Positions 10,951-24,940 are shown, numbered from the whole stretch's first letter. The stretch: 63,886 nucleotides of DNA, filler included, from Rhabdomonas costata (GCA_019059605.1; 45 parts of 45 records of this genome joined end to end with filler, not necessarily neighbours in it); one strand, 5' to 3'. Made by a program: numbers and translations. The notes: generated by a model not told the origin, from the sequence alone.

Positions 10951-12057
10951 GTATGCGCCAACTTGTCCTGGTTAGACCTTGTTTTGGGGCAAAAAAAATA
11001 GAAACGCGGAGAGAGTGGCGTAACCCTCTAGCAATGCCCATTACGCGCCAAAGCCATGCGATGCCAATCTTACCTACTCTTCTCTCCTTTCAATGGCACG
11101 CGAATACATAGGGAGCCACGCACACGAAAGAGGGCTGGAGGAGCGCAGGTTAACCGCAATGGAAGCAAGCAGATACCAGGGCAAAGAGACACCTGCCTGC
11201 GGTTGCGGTAGTGTTTTCTCTCGTTTTGCGCTATTGTAGCCAGTGGAGCAAAACGAGAGAAAACACCACCACANNNNNNNNNNNNNNNNNNNNNNNNNNN
11301 NNNNNNNNNNNNNNNNNTTAATTAATTAANNNNNNNNNNNNNNNNNNNNNNNNNNNNNNNNNNNNNNNNNNNNCCGGGAGCCTTCGTTTTCTTCCCCTGT
11401 GGTTTACTGGGAAGAATAGTACCACAGGTAAGTGTTCCCCCCTCCTCCTCCTCCCGCTCCCCGCGCAAGCATCCGCTTGCACGCGCGCAACGGCACAGAC
11501 ACACACACACACACTGCTCTAGTCTTCCCAAGAACAAAAAAGGGGAACATCCAAAAACGGACACGTCAGTTACGCAACCGTTGCGAAGACACGGGAGGTT
11601 TGGTTTCCGTCCCTACTTGACTAGTGCGAAGTTACAGGGGGCACGAAAAGAAAACAAACCCATCATTCCGCAAGGGCGTCGGCCTCAGTTGACGTTTTCA
11701 GTCACACTGCTCTCCTTCCATTGAATCCCCTCCCCTCACCCGCATCCATTGCACTCTCATAACACACATAGGTCTTCATCCCCACCATCACCAAAAATAA
11801 TCCGTACTGCAATGAAGCACGGATTATCTGAAAAAAAAAACAGCAGCTGCGCAACGAAGGCCCGGGACTCGTGGGGCAGAAGGGAGGATGTTACCATGCT
11901 TGGAACGTCGCGTGGTGAGCCGGTACCCCGTTCGCTCGGAAGGTACCTCTCGCACCCATGTGGCCAATAGCGTGCGCCCGTCAGTCTACAGCGGTTCCCC
12001 AATAATGAACCAAAAGCCAGCGCGCCCTGCACCCCATACGCACACATGCACGCATAG

Positions 12058-12285
12058 GACTTCATCGGTGGGGCAACCCAGCCGGGGATGCTGGCCTTGG
12101 GTGAGGAGGAGCTCGTGGAGACGGCGAAAGAAGCCCTGAGCCGGCACCTGGGGCTCAGCTTTGGGCCCAATCCGCAGGGCCCCAATGGCAGCGGAGCCTC
12201 CGCAGCGCCGTGCGAGGTGGTGTGGTCCTCCGTCAGCCTGAACTGGAACTGCATCCCGCAGTACAACCTGAACCACCGCAAAATT
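12058..12285 (+). CDS. PPOX: Protoporphyrinogen oxidase (HemY/PPOX type), internal exon
   Basis: TAG|DFIGGATQPGMLALGEEELVETAKEALSRHLG...VSLNWNCIPQYNLNHRKI|GTATGG matches PPOX C-terminal IGGAT...EELV...IPQYxxxH. Confidence 0.8.
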
Positions 12286-13111
12286 GTATGGGGTGCACAC
12301 GAGGACACACACTGTCGGCATGACATAATCCCACCCACTGGCACACATCTCGATCGCGAACACACACGCACATGTGCCAACAAACAAATAGCACACTCTG
12401 CATGCCGCATCGCTATCCTGGTCCTTCTTCATTCGCCAACAGTCCTTCAGGCAACAGCCAGCGCGCCATGAGCACAACATACACATGCATACACACACGC
12501 ACACACTCGCTCACTCACTCACTCACACACTCACCTATGGGTCCCGCAGCTGACCCACTGTCTCCCTTTAGATTGTTCACGCCAGCGGACAGTGGCCTTC
12601 AGTAGGTGACTGTGAACCGTGTGCGCAGCAGAGGTCAAGGGCAGGAGGACAGCTGGGGTCGTATTCCTGACATATCATCCGATCCCCACAACANNNNNNN
12701 NNNNNNNNNNNNNNNNNNNNNNNNNNNNNNNNNNNNNTTAATTAATTAANNNNNNNNNNNNNNNNNNNNNNNNNNNNNNNNNNNNNNNNNNNNACACAGC
12801 CAACACCAACTGTGTACAGCTAGGATTAATAAGCACTGAAGATACAACCATATGCGCATACAACACTCACACCAAAGCCAAATCCGTATTCCGCAACAGT
12901 GAAAACCCTCAGCCGTTTGGGTCTACTCAACACTACCCACGACAGCAGTTTGCAAGCCATTCCCAAATCCCAATTCACCAGGGAATGCTGTGAAGAACTC
13001 CAGGTCGTTATCCAGGTCCACAAAGAGCATATGCCGCACCCGGGACACCCCGCGAGCGGCCGTCGCCGCAGTTCCAACTGCGGCTGCTGCGGCTGAGCAG
13101 CGGAAGTCTAC

Positions 13112-13620
13112 CTTCAGCTTTAAAAGCTGGGCCTCCCTTAGAGCAGGGTCCTCCGGGGCCACAGGCAGCGAGCCCAACACGGCCTTGTGGCGCACCGCGC
13201 GGACAGAGCTCTCCAGAAGAGCCAGCTGCACGTCGGCCGAGCAGGGGCAGGCCGGGCAGCCCGCCTTTGGTAAGTCAAGATGGATCCTTGCCTCTCCAAT
13301 TTGGATTGCATGGGAACAACACTTTTTTTCTCTCTGAATCACTGAATTCATCAGCAGCTTAACAAGCGACTGCTCAGTAGTTATAAATCCATCTGTAGAA
13401 ACCCCTTGGAGATCAATCAGCTTGTTTTTTCCAGCTGCAACCCCCGGAACGGCAATAGGGTCGGGGAACACACCACCCTGGCCTGGCTGGAGGGCAGGCT
13501 GGGGGTATCTGTCCAGCCTGCGCGGCGGCGGCATTCCTTCAGCTCCTGCAGAGCGTCCCTCCGAAGCTGTCCGAACCGAAGGCAGCCGCCTCGACGGGGC
13601 ACAGAGGCGCAGCATCCACC
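13112..13620 (-). CDS. Hypothetical protein, 2 probable exons
   Basis: GC-rich blocks bounded by AG/GT: about 13620-13478 (LRFGQLRRDALQELKECRRR) and 13264-13112 (AGCPACPCSADVQLALLESSVRAVRHK...LLKLK|GT). No family recognised. Confidence 0.35.
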
Positions 13621-14819
13621 TTGTCCAAAAAGAGATGGGCTGCTTTACTACATACCCGGGCGACCGGGGGAGATTCGGGGCACAGGAAACCTGAAAGGGC
13701 CTGTTTGCCGTAAGTAGCCCTCCAATGCCCCCCCCCTCAGTCTGGAAGTAACCACTTTGGTTGGGGTTAAAGGTCACTGTTCGTGCCCCGAAATCCCAAG
13801 ATTCTGTTTAGAAAGCGGTCCGCGTTTGCCCGGGGTGTTTCAAAGCGTGGCGATGTTAATGCTGAAAAGATAAGTCCGCAGCCGCATGATCTCACCTGGT
13901 GCTGGTTTCCACTGTGATAAGCCACACCAAAAGGTCAAAATCGATTCGGTAGATCCACAGGGGGCCAAAAGGGCAAAGGGCGAGCACTGCCGCTTACAAC
14001 TTGCAACGCTCCTGATACTAGTCTGACTCGAGTGAAAAAGGACTCCTAACCTAATCAAGCCCAGAAAACCTGCGATCCGAGTCACACCGAGACTCAAACC
14101 AAAGCCGGCAACCGATNNNNNNNNNNNNNNNNNNNNNNNNNNNNNNNNNNNNNNNNNNNNTTAATTAATTAANNNNNNNNNNNNNNNNNNNNNNNNNNNN
14201 NNNNNNNNNNNNNNNNGGAGGCACGCCGCCCCGCCCGCCCCCCCGCCCGCGTTTGCATTGCACGTCTCTTGTAGAGAGCACTCTTTCTGTATGCTGCCAA
14301 ACCTGAACAAGCAATCCGACCATTTCGGAAGATTTCGTACCCTTCAGAAACACTCCGCGATGCTTTCTTGCTGCCTGTAGTTCTGTGCTTGTATGTACCC
14401 GTGAGGTGGGCGTGGGGACTTGTGGTATATGATGGGGTGTGACGGAAAGCTGTGAGCGCGGGTTGAAGGGATTCGTTGCCCGGGAGGGAGGGAGGGACGT
14501 GCGTTTTCTCGTGCTTGTTGCCTTCCTTGGGCTGTTTTGATGCTCTTGGTTTGGCTCGATTTCCCTGTGTCTTCTTGTTCCCCCCCCCCACACACACACA
14601 CACAGACACATGAAACCTGGGTGTCTGTGGTGTGGCACAAGTGTTGAGGTGGCGGGTGCGTTGTGGTTGATGTCACGCACAATGCATCAGGTAAACCCGA
14701 GACGTGAAGAACAGCGTGGCGTGCGGTCAGCTCCGCAGCCACATACCCATACATCGTCTGTGTGTGTGTGTATGTGTGTGTGTGTTTTGGCTCCTTCACG
14801 TCTCGCGCGGCCACCACAG

Positions 14820-14938
14820 GGGAGGCCCCTGCGGCGCCAGCGGTGCGGCCTGCGTCGGAAACGGTGCCGCGGGAGGAGCTGCAGCAGCCCATCTTCCCCC
14901 CGTACCATGAGGACATCCTCTTCCTGCTCCGCCTCCTG
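14820..14938 (+). CDS. Hypothetical protein, internal exon
   Basis: CACAG|GEAPAAPAVRPASETVPREELQQPIFPPYHEDILFLLRLL|GTACTT; GC3-rich. Confidence 0.4.
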
Positions 14939-16576
14939 GTACTTCGTTCGTGTGTCTTGTAACCGTCTGTTGTCTGAAAATATGCCAATATATGCTGTGC
15001 GCCGGACTTGAACACCAGGCGATGTTTGCTTGTTTGGCTGTTTTGCATGTATATGAGTGTGTGTTCTTAGGCCAGCAAGCCTCCGTTTGAGAGGGAGGGA
15101 CCATCACGAATCCAGTAAGGATGCGAGCGTGGGTGAAGAAAAGGACAGTTTTTTGAGCATATGAAAATTTCTGCGTTGTGCTGGGCGGGGCTCTGCGTTG
15201 CGCTGATGGACGGATTGCTGGGCAGGGAGGGACGGAGGGCTTGCGTACGTTCCTTTTCTCCCGCTCTTTATGCGCAGGGGTTTCCAATATACACAAGCAC
15301 GAAACGAAAACCTATGGGGATCTCGACTCCCGCGACGATCCCGCGATCCTTGTTTTCCCCCAGGGAGCTCCTGTGTGTTCGGCACAGTTCGGGAGGGGAG
15401 CATCCCTCCAGTGATCACGCTTGGCACACCCCACCCATCAGATTCTGAGATGCTGGAACGGAAGACACTGGAACGGACCACACATCAGATCATCTAACCC
15501 ACTGCATTACACACAAACCAAGCACCGAAGTCACCAGCTNNNNNNNNNNNNNNNNNNNNNNNNNNNNNNNNNNNNNNNNNNNNTTAATTAATTAANNNNN
15601 NNNNNNNNNNNNNNNNNNNNNNNNNNNNNNNNNNNNNNNGTGGTGGGGGGGAGGTTCCTGGGGGTAGCCCCGTGGAAGTCCCTCGGTCACCGTACTCCTC
15701 GGAGCTTCCTCGGCTGATTCCTGTGTCTCAGCACATGGGCCCCCCATCTGTACCATGACTGTGAGGGGAACTTGTGTCCCTGTGCCTTACAGGGTGATCC
15801 AGGGTGAGCTTTTTGGGTGGTACGGGATGGATGGCTATATGTCTCGGGTCTCAAAATACGGCACTGATTTACGAAGAGATTTTTGCACGAGTCTCCTAAT
15901 GCTTGTTGTATTTTCAGGTCGTCGAGACGAACGCCTTTGTTCGGCAGGGTCCCAAATATCTTATCTCGGCTCTTTCTTGTTTTGTGGCTGTAGGGAGTGT
16001 GACAATTTTTTTGTCTGCATGTGACAGCGACTGTGTACTGAACAGGTGCATCCAGAAGCGTTTCTCAATTTCTGGAGTGTTTAGCTGTTTGTTTTTCCTA
16101 CTGCAATTTGACGGCTTATGATGGACTTTGCACTGGTTTTGAGATATATGCATTCGGCGTTGAACTGCAACTATTTCGGCGCCATCCTAAAGGTATTCTA
16201 CTTGCCGGTTCTGGCACACGCATTCAAAAGGGTAGCCAGCGCGTTGTAAATTAATATATGCCATCCGTTAATCTATTCCTAATCATGATCAAAATCTATT
16301 CCATCCCTCTGTCCATTGGCGCAAATACGGCAAATCTATGATAGCTTTTCTTCTGTCCGCGCTTGGGCGTGGTGCCCAATCCGCGTGGGCATGTCATCCG
16401 GCGGCCTTTCCTGTGGGCAAGGCTAAACGGGCAAGGCTAAACGTCTTGCATGAGCCTGGTGTGCCTGCCCCTTTCATTCCCGGGTCGAGGGTCTTTTCTT
16501 GTGTTCGAATGATGCGGTTTTCTTTACACAAAGCAAGCAGTAAGTATTGGTGATTATTTTAGGCCGTTTTTCGTGA

Positions 16577-16660
16577 ATGAGTGACTTGGAGGCCTTGGTG
16601 GAGAAGCTGCAGGATGGGCACTGCCTGGAGGAGTTCGAGGTGAAGTTCGTGTGCGCTAAG
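16577..16660 (+). CDS. PP2A/PP4/PP6-family Ser/Thr phosphatase catalytic subunit, first exon
   Basis: MSDLEALVEKLQDGHCLEEFEVKFVCAK|GTCTGC resembles the family N-terminus (DLDxxIExLxxxxxLxExEVKxLCxK). Confidence 0.75.
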
Positions 16661-18499
16661 GTCTGCGCGTCCGTGACTTCGTCTTCGGTCGTCAGTCATA
16701 TCCTCGAAGGCCCGCCGAGGTCTCATTTGATGTATTCTTGCACCCTCTCCTTGGAAGACCCTCCTCCAAGGGCAGGGAGGTGCTAGAGAAAGGATAGACT
16801 CTTCTCGAATCCGGGAGCTGACAACTGCACGATGGCGACTGTTGCCGTCAGAGTGCGTTCGCCGGTCGCGGGGGCTCTCTTTTCTTTGATTCTTAATTTT
16901 TTGCTGCTTAATTTTTTGATGATAGGGTATCCGACAGAAGAACGAGTCTTTGCACAACCCACCNNNNNNNNNNNNNNNNNNNNNNNNNNNNNNNNNNNNN
17001 NNNNNNNTTAATTAATTAANNNNNNNNNNNNNNNNNNNNNNNNNNNNNNNNNNNNNNNNNNNNGGGGCCCTAGGGTGTATTTGCTGGTCGCATCTCCCGT
17101 TGGTCGATGCTCCCTAGATGTTGAACTCAGAAGCGTAACCTAAACCCGCAGTGCCTTTGACAGTTTAGCCAGGGTTCAAGGCAGTACGCCGCAGCAAAAA
17201 CACAAAAGGGCCGAATCTAAAAGAGGGGGGGCTTCTAGTGGCGGCACAGCATCGGGGAAGTTTAGAAGTTCTAGCACAAACATGACTTCATAGGGCTCTG
17301 TTTTGGCACGTTATTCTGAAATAACTTGCTGCTTGAAGCGCCAAAATGTCTTAATTACTTGACACGCATGTGCTACCAGTCAATCTGTTACTGAGGCCTC
17401 TTCAAAAGCACCAGCAGAATTGCCGTGTAAATATTTTCAGGAACAAAATAACCAGCACGGTTCCTAGTTTTCCGATAAATCTGACAAATCTGTCACAAGA
17501 GCTCCCTTTACATCAGCTTCTATCACTCTGAGTCTTTTGAGAAAATGATACTTCTGAAACGGAATCTCGACTTCTTGTATTAAAAAACTGTTCCTTCAAT
17601 AGCTCTCTTAACTCTGAATTCATAATCCACAACTAAAGTACACCAATGTCTGAAAGTAGGTGGTCTGTAAGATTAAGACTAATCCACAGTCACTCTTGCG
17701 TTTATATTGAATTGCAAATTTAACAACGGAACTGTGGTAATCCGTAACCCACATCCGAATACTTCTGGCATTTGCTTATGCATACCAATATGGAACCTTC
17801 TTTGAAATCTTCATCTACCACACTCTACTCTAGCAATTATGTGGAACAAACTGTCTTAACTGGATACTTTATAATCTTATGAGAATGTCCAAATTGCTAT
17901 TCATGATCATATTTCTTCTTCTGCTACAACACATTTAACTTGTGGTTTTGTACATATTTGAAAACCGCTGTAAGTGGTTTGTGGCCACAATCGCAGACTT
18001 TATGTTAGTGAGCAGTTATACAGTTATATACATGGATATGTTTCGCAATTCTTGTTTGATATTTGCCGATTCAGGCTCTTCATTAATACCACTATGAAGC
18101 TTCTGAATCAGTACTTAGCAGAAACGCTCTGCATCATATGAGCACACTCATTTGTGGTGTTGTTAAACTGATATTTTCTTCACAACTTGTTCCAAGCTTG
18201 CCTCTGCATCTGAAGCAATGGATGGGTCATTTGATCGTTCCCACACCACAACAAATTTTGAAATTTCTGGAATAACAGGCACATCAACGGACAATTGTAT
18301 TTCAATGTGACGCTGTTTAATTCACCGCACTGCTCGCCTTATTCCTCTCCGTCATTCTAAAACTTTTTGACCCAAACACACCAACANNNNNNNNNNNNNN
18401 NNNNNNNNNNNNNNNNNNNNNNNNNNNNNNTTAATTAATTAANNNNNNNNNNNNNNNNNNNNNNNNNNNNNNNNNNNNNNNNNNNNTGTGTTTGTTTGA

Positions 18500-19760
18500 G
18501 TTGTAATTCTAGAGGGAAACCGGGTCAGGTTGAACTCGGGTAGTACACAAGCAAGTAGTTGGAGTAGTTGAGATCAAAGTTGAGCTGGTGAGGATGTTGG
18601 TGTAGGAGGTCGTAGCAATTGGTTACCTTTTCCTGAAAAATATTGGTGCAGTGCTTGTGCAGTAGTGCAACATTTACGACCATTTTACTGGTATTGTATC
18701 TGAAATTTAGTGGATTAAGTACTAGGAATGTCATAAGTGACAGCAAGACCATGTGTGGTGCCACCGGCGGCTTTTGTCGTCCACGTATGGCTGTATGGAC
18801 CGTAGGTTTGTGACTCATTTGTCTCTGGTTGACTTCTAAGACTCACGACTATGTGTACTGGAATTTTTCACATTCATGTGGGCTCTCCAAGCGTTGTGTA
18901 CGTGTTGGCAAACATTTACAAATCACTACATTCCAGTAGGCGCTTCAGGATCCTTTTTATTACTAAGCAGTGCGCTCAAAGCTCTACACACAAGCCTAAA
19001 GTGAGGTTGAAATTGTCACAATTTTTGACGTTCAGTGGCGAACACAGCTGTGTTGAACAACACGCGTCTACGGACGTACTCAATATAATATCAGTTTTGC
19101 TGCTGAAGTCCATCGATTCTACCTGTAGAGCTTGCTTATGTTTCAGTCATTTTTTAGACCCGTATGCTCACGACCGAGCATACACCGTGATTTGGAGGTC
19201 GGAAACCAAGTTTCAGTGAAATCCACGGTAGGTCTGCTTCCAAGGTCATCCATCTGTGTTTCCTCACCTAGAGACGTTTTGTACATTTAAGGAGTCTCGT
19301 CACAACATGCGGTATTTGTTCAAATTGCTGTAAAGCAATCTTGGTAAATCTTTTCAAGAGCGCAGATCGATCCACTTCCCAGAGTGCAATCTACTCCTTG
19401 AGTGCGTAGAGTCCTCTGAGATTCCTTAGGATGCTCAGTTAATGCCTGGAACAACTTCTTGTGGCACGTGCCAAAGCTGGCAAGGCGATCAGTGTAAATC
19501 TTGTACAAAAGCCTGGCTAGATAGTGCAACTGTGACGTGTTGAAAATTGATCTGCTCTGGAACTGGCGCAGTGTCAAAGTTGAATAGCTGCCAGATGTAA
19601 ACGTTTGGCGGGAATGGTAGTGCTTGAGTGTGGTGAGTGCAATGGTAGTGAGATATTAGTTTCAGGTTGTGTGTGTTGAGGTCGTGTACTAACGCGCGAC
19701 GTGAACAAAATGAATGTCTGAAAAACGAAGTGACAGTACACTGTTAAAGAAGATAACAAG
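18500..19760 (-). mobile_element. Possible decayed LTR-retrotransposon 5' end and gag region
   Basis: Stop-riddled coding-like sequence; minus strand ...TTCTTTAACA at about 19742 resembles an LTR end; remnant LHYC...TNCYDLLHQHP resembles a broken zinc knuckle. Weak. Confidence 0.25.
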
Positions 19761-20451
19761 ACAAGAAAAAGACAATCTAGCGCGACTATACAACCTAATT
19801 GATCTACTANNNNNNNNNNNNNNNNNNNNNNNNNNNNNNNNNNNNNNNNNNNNTTAATTAATTAANNNNNNNNNNNNNNNNNNNNNNNNNNNNNNNNNNN
19901 NNNNNNNNNTGTTTCGCAAAGTGCAAAGTTTGTTTTCCGGTGGTCGCTCCTCTTTCTGCTTTTTTAAACTGCTTTTTACTGTGCCTTGTGCCTTCGCATG
20001 CTGGGTTTCGAAAAACTTGTCATGCTGGAAAGATACAGTCAACGTGGACCCCAAGCTGGCGACCAGGCACTGGAGAAACAGATTTCTTTTTTCTCAGATT
20101 GATTTCACATCACCCAAGAAAAAGCAGAAAAACAGCAAAACTTCGTCAGGGTACCAAACCTCCACAGTGAACACGCAGGAATGTCACGTTGAAAGAAAAG
20201 TTCGGTTTTCTGCTTTGCACACTGTCCTCTAAGGTTCTAACACCGTGCTTCAGCACCCCAGCACGGCAGCCTGCACCGCCACACCGCTGCACAGACTTGC
20301 TCTGACTTTGCAGGGCTTTGTTTGCGTTCAGAAAGCTTCTGGTGTAATGTCAGCCAAAAGCTCACAACCATAACTGCTGTAACGACGCCAAGCGAGGAGC
20401 GGTCGTTGTTGCAGGTCTGGGGTGAAACGGGATGAGCGTTTGAGCCCGCAC

Positions 20452-21232
20452 ACCGATGTACAAGACGACGGTGACCAAGAGAGACGCCACAATGGACACA
20501 GGCATCGTCCTCTGTGGGTCCCGAGCTTCTTGGGCGAGCTGTGAGGGAGACACATAAGCACGCTCAAAGTCAGCACAAAAATACTTCACAAAGCCATCAC
20601 GGGATCAGATACAAGCAAGCAAACTCAAGAAAGTGCAATCTGGGTTGAGTCAAAATGGCACAGAAAGCTTGGTAACCACCTTCATAAAAAATACTCTGAA
20701 CATCGGGCTAAGCTTGCGTCACCACTCCACAACCCCGCAAATGCAGGTGCGTGTGTGTGGAATGGGGGTAGACGATAAAGGAACTTTCCCATGAAAAATG
20801 CTCACATGCCGCGTGAAAAAGTGTTGCCCATACAACAAGAAGGGGTTTCGCGAATGCTCCCCACCCTCTCCATAGCCCAGTTCCCCAGGGTATACCGTGC
20901 TCACGCTGTCAAATCCGATGTACGCGAAGAAGATTACGCCCGCTCCCCGCAGAACGCCCGAGGCGCCGTAGCGTCCAAATGTTCCTGAAATGGAAAGCAA
21001 CCAACACCCGAAAAAAAAAAGAGGCTGTTGGGTTTAAACACAAGGATGGGTTCACGACAATGGTCTTCACGCTCAGAAAGTGACGGGTGTTCCGCAGCAG
21101 AAAGCGACAAATAAAAAGCACAGTTCCACCACCGAAAAAGAGGACCAGTGCCCCTGTGAATCCCGCTGCACCTGTATTGGGCGGCACAAATGGGCTGAGG
21201 TTCTCCCCCTTCACGTGGCTCACCCCCAACAA
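20452..21232 (-). CDS. APC-superfamily cationic amino-acid permease (CAT-like), 3 exons
   Basis: Exons 21232-21172 (VKGENLSPFVPPNT), 20984-20896 (GTFGRYGASGVLRGAGVIFFAYIGFDSVST) and 20538-about 20452 (LAQEARDPQRTMPVSIVASLLVTVVLYIG); FFAYIGFD...AQEAxxPxR signature. Confidence 0.93.
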
Positions 21233-21578
21233 NNNNNNNNNNNNNNNNNNNNNNNNNNNNNNNNNNNNNNNNNNNNTTAATTAATTAANNNNNNNNNNNN
21301 NNNNNNNNNNNNNNNNNNNNNNNNNNNNNNNNGCAAAGCCTGATGCACGAGGTACTTCTAGAGGGGATGTTTCTCTGAAGGATAGGATAGAACTACACGC
21401 TTCGCATCGTAGATTTGAATCAACAGACCTGACCACTGTTCTACGGTTTTCTGCTGCGTTGACCCCAATACAATGTAAGTGGGGGATATTTTGCCCCAAC
21501 CCTCTCCACTTCCCAAGTAATATGGAAAGTTATAGTCCTCCTATAGAGCTCCTAACATACGCACACATACGCACACAG

Positions 21579-22089
21579 CGCTTTGATGAGCTCCGGCAGA
21601 AGTTCGACGCTGAGCACGCCTCCAGAGTAAAAGCAGAGTCCTCCGCTGCCGTGGCAACTCAGACCCATGGGGAGTTGAGGTGTTTCCTCCCTACTTTCTG
21701 CTTGTCGGTCCCATTTCTCAGGCGCTATGTGCTGAACTGTCATGAGAGCTCATATTCTGGCAGAAGAAGAAAGCCCCATTTCACAGCGTTTCAAGAATAT
21801 TTCCGGTTCAGAATGATCCATAGATACACCGGTTGGTGGGCTAAAGAAATGAAAATTTTGGCGTCTATGGTTGGCTGGATGACTTCAAATTTATCCTTGT
21901 TCAGGAGGTGTTGTTGTGGCAGAGTTTTGTGCTGTTTTCTCTGCGGACAGAGGTTGTGCCCGGTGTGCCACAGAGGGTTTACTCTTTGCATCATAATGGA
22001 CGGCTCAGCAGCGAACTCCGATATTTTTCTCTTGTTTCATCACAGGAAGAGGTCAGATCCGAAGCCACGCTTCCGAAGTCTCTGGCAGA
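21579..22089 (+). CDS. Hypothetical coiled-coil protein exons
   Basis: CAG|RFDELRQKFDAEHASRVKAESSAAVATQTHGEL(R)|GT at 21579-21679; a second small AG/GT-bounded block at about 22045-22089 has unresolved frame. Confidence 0.35.
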
Positions 22090-23469
22090 GGTGACCAACA
22101 ACTGTGACCCGCCAAGGTGTCCAACTTATGCAATTGGGAGGGCTGGAAGGTTGTGCTGCCGTATTTAATGGTGAGCTTGTGTTCACTGACGCAGCCTTTG
22201 CTCGTGTCGCTCCCGTGGTTTCAGCCATCTAAACGAGATCACCTGACCTAATTCAAATCTCCTCAGGTCCTCAGTTCGCGAGGCTTGTCCTCGTGAGCTT
22301 TTTTTCTGAAATGCGTGAAGGACCCGAACGGCCCCGGCATATGCCAGCATTGCGAGAAAGGCAGAAATCAGAATCGAGAAAAGGGGGAGGGGTGGAGAAA
22401 ATCTCAAATCTCGAATTGATAACATATTGATAACATATTGTTAACATTCACGTGGCACCGGCGGTGGTAATCAGCGGGGCCAGCAACGCTACTCAAAGAA
22501 TTCGCGACTGTGAAACGTTGCAACGCGTGGTCCCCTGGTCCCCCACCCCCGCGCAGGGGAACGAGGTGGGGGAACAGACCAGGCCCATTACTCAGTTGTC
22601 GAGTCCGCGATGACTGCGTTTAATTTCCTCCTCCGCCCTGACCCCACCCAAAACANNNNNNNNNNNNNNNNNNNNNNNNNNNNNNNNNNNNNNNNNNNNT
22701 TAATTAATTAANNNNNNNNNNNNNNNNNNNNNNNNNNNNNNNNNNNNNNNNNNNNTTGTGGGAGTGTCCAAAAAATACGTGAAGAATGCTCTCCCGGAGC
22801 TGGGTGTCAAAGAGGCGCAGAAACCATAGATAAGTTTGGCAGTTAACCTTGAGCCAGGGGGAAATTGTTTTCTGGAATTCGTCAGTTTCTTGACCTATGG
22901 ACCTAGGAATCCAGGTTCGTTTCTGCCTTGACGGCGAAGGCCCACGGGGAACCCGACAGTAACTCAGTAAGGTTCCTTCGGTGAAAAATCCGGGTCGCAG
23001 GTAAATGGGACACGTGGACCCACTTTCGTTGCCTCTCTTTGCCTCTCTTTTGGAACCTGTACCGACGCCACACGTTGCACGACGTGAGATGGTGTGTGTT
23101 ACCACCACAGGGCTTTGCATATTCTGAAGGTAAATCGCCTTACGTCACCCTTCCTTGTTATCCTCACAGGGAATGAGAAGGGCAAGGGGGGCTTCAACCC
23201 AGAACCCATTTCGCTCCCTGGTAGAAGAGGTAAAACTTGCGTTGAGAGGAAAAGAGCAACTACCAAGTCCTACCAAGTCTCCTGTTACTCAGACGTGATA
23301 AAGGAGGATGGAGGTCCGTCGTAAAAAGCGCCGTGGAGTATGTGAGCTGCGTGCAAGCCAATTGAAACCTGTTTGAACTCAGCTTAACTGTCAGAGAAAC
23401 ACAACCAGAGAAAGCTGCGCGCAACAAAAGTGCTAATCAATAAGTAATTCTTGCAGACGGAGCACGTAC

Positions 23470-24003
23470 TTCAGTAGCGCCTGCTTCAGGCGAGCGGGGT
23501 CTCCCACCAGTGAGGGCAACCTCGGGGGGCACCTCAGGTCCACCCACACCCCCTTCCTGGTGGCAAGATTCTGCACCATAGCCAAGGCTTCCCGGCAGAC
23601 CGTGCCCAGGGAGAAGGGCACCTGCTGAAGCACCACCTGCTTCTGAGTCAGCCGCGAGTGCTCCTGAGAGGCAGAGCAAAAAACGTAAGCCTTCCCAAGG
23701 AAGGCGTTACCCAATCAGTCGCAGTCTGTAAAACCTCACTCCAAATTTATGGACGCACATGCCAAGCGGGTAAGTGAAAAAATTTTGCCTCCCCGTGAGA
23801 CTTGGGGGAAAATTTTCAACTTAGCCTGCCAAGCTCCCCACACGCACACACACACACACACACACCAGAACGAAGTCCACGTTGTTCGTGATCTGCGAGC
23901 CGCACACCATCATCAGGTCGACGTACTCGGACTGCTCCTCAGTCAAAATAGTATCTCCCAGCAAGGTGCAGCACGAAAGCAGGGCGTTGAGCGGGGTCCG
24001 AAC
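23470..24003 (-). CDS. Sensor histidine kinase (HisKA plus start of HATPase), 2 exons
   Basis: Exon 24003-23866 (VRTPLNALLSCCTLLGDTILTEEQSEYVDLMMVCGSQITNNVDFVL) and exon 23663-23470 (EHSRL...VPFSLGTVCREAL...LVGDPARLKQALL+AA, completing the N-box Asn). The phospho-His would lie in the missing upstream exon. Confidence 0.88.
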
Positions 24004-24940
24004 CTGTGCAGCACATATAAACACCTCACGTGCACCCGGTACATAGGCCACACCTGGGCGAAGGAAACCCATCGCAGANNNNNNNNNNNNNNNNNNNNNN
24101 NNNNNNNNNNNNNNNNNNNNNNTTAATTAATTAANNNNNNNNNNNNNNNNNNNNNNNNNNNNNNNNNNNNNNNNNNNNTTTTGCCCCCCTCAACGCCCCT
24201 CTTGCCCTCACGTCTACCCACATGCCACATGCCTTTTCGCGTTTGCCTTCCTCCTCCGCCACTCAGAAGCAGCCTCCATCACCACCGCTGACCTCGACCA
24301 AGGCTGCCTGGGGCTACATGGACTACAAGCACTTTGAGGTGCCTTTTTTTTGACGGCAATCTTCAATATTGTCAGGTGTTTGTTAGCAGAGAGCAATAGA
24401 TTTCAAGGCACAGAAGCAAAGCTGACGGCCAGGAGAAAAGCAGGAAAGAGAGAAAGTGAAAAATGGCAATGCAGAAGACCAAATCAAAGAGAACGAGTGA
24501 AGCACGACAGCGAACGGGTAAGCACGAGGGCGAAAGGGGGGATGGGGTCAAAAGAAAAGTTTGAAATGTTTGAGGTGCCTCCTTGCTTGTTTTTTGGGAG
24601 AATTCAGGGCTCAAAGTAGTCAGCGAGGAACCAAAAGAAAAGGTGTCGTATAGAAGAAAGAGTGGTGGCGATAAAATGCTGATCGGAATTCGGAGACCGA
24701 AAGTATACCCGAATTATCACTTGTTAAAGATAAACCGTTGCAGGGACAGCGAATCCGTTGGACTCTCAGCAGGCTGAAGAATTTGAAGATTTTGCAATGA
24801 CCACGCACACACACATCACTCATTCACTCATGTTCCCATCATTCCGTGATGATGTCTGATTTATGACCATACTGTTGCTGTTGAAATAAATCATAGTGTT
24901 TCGCTCGCTGGGACGCAGGTTTTGTTTGGGAGCCGTGCAG

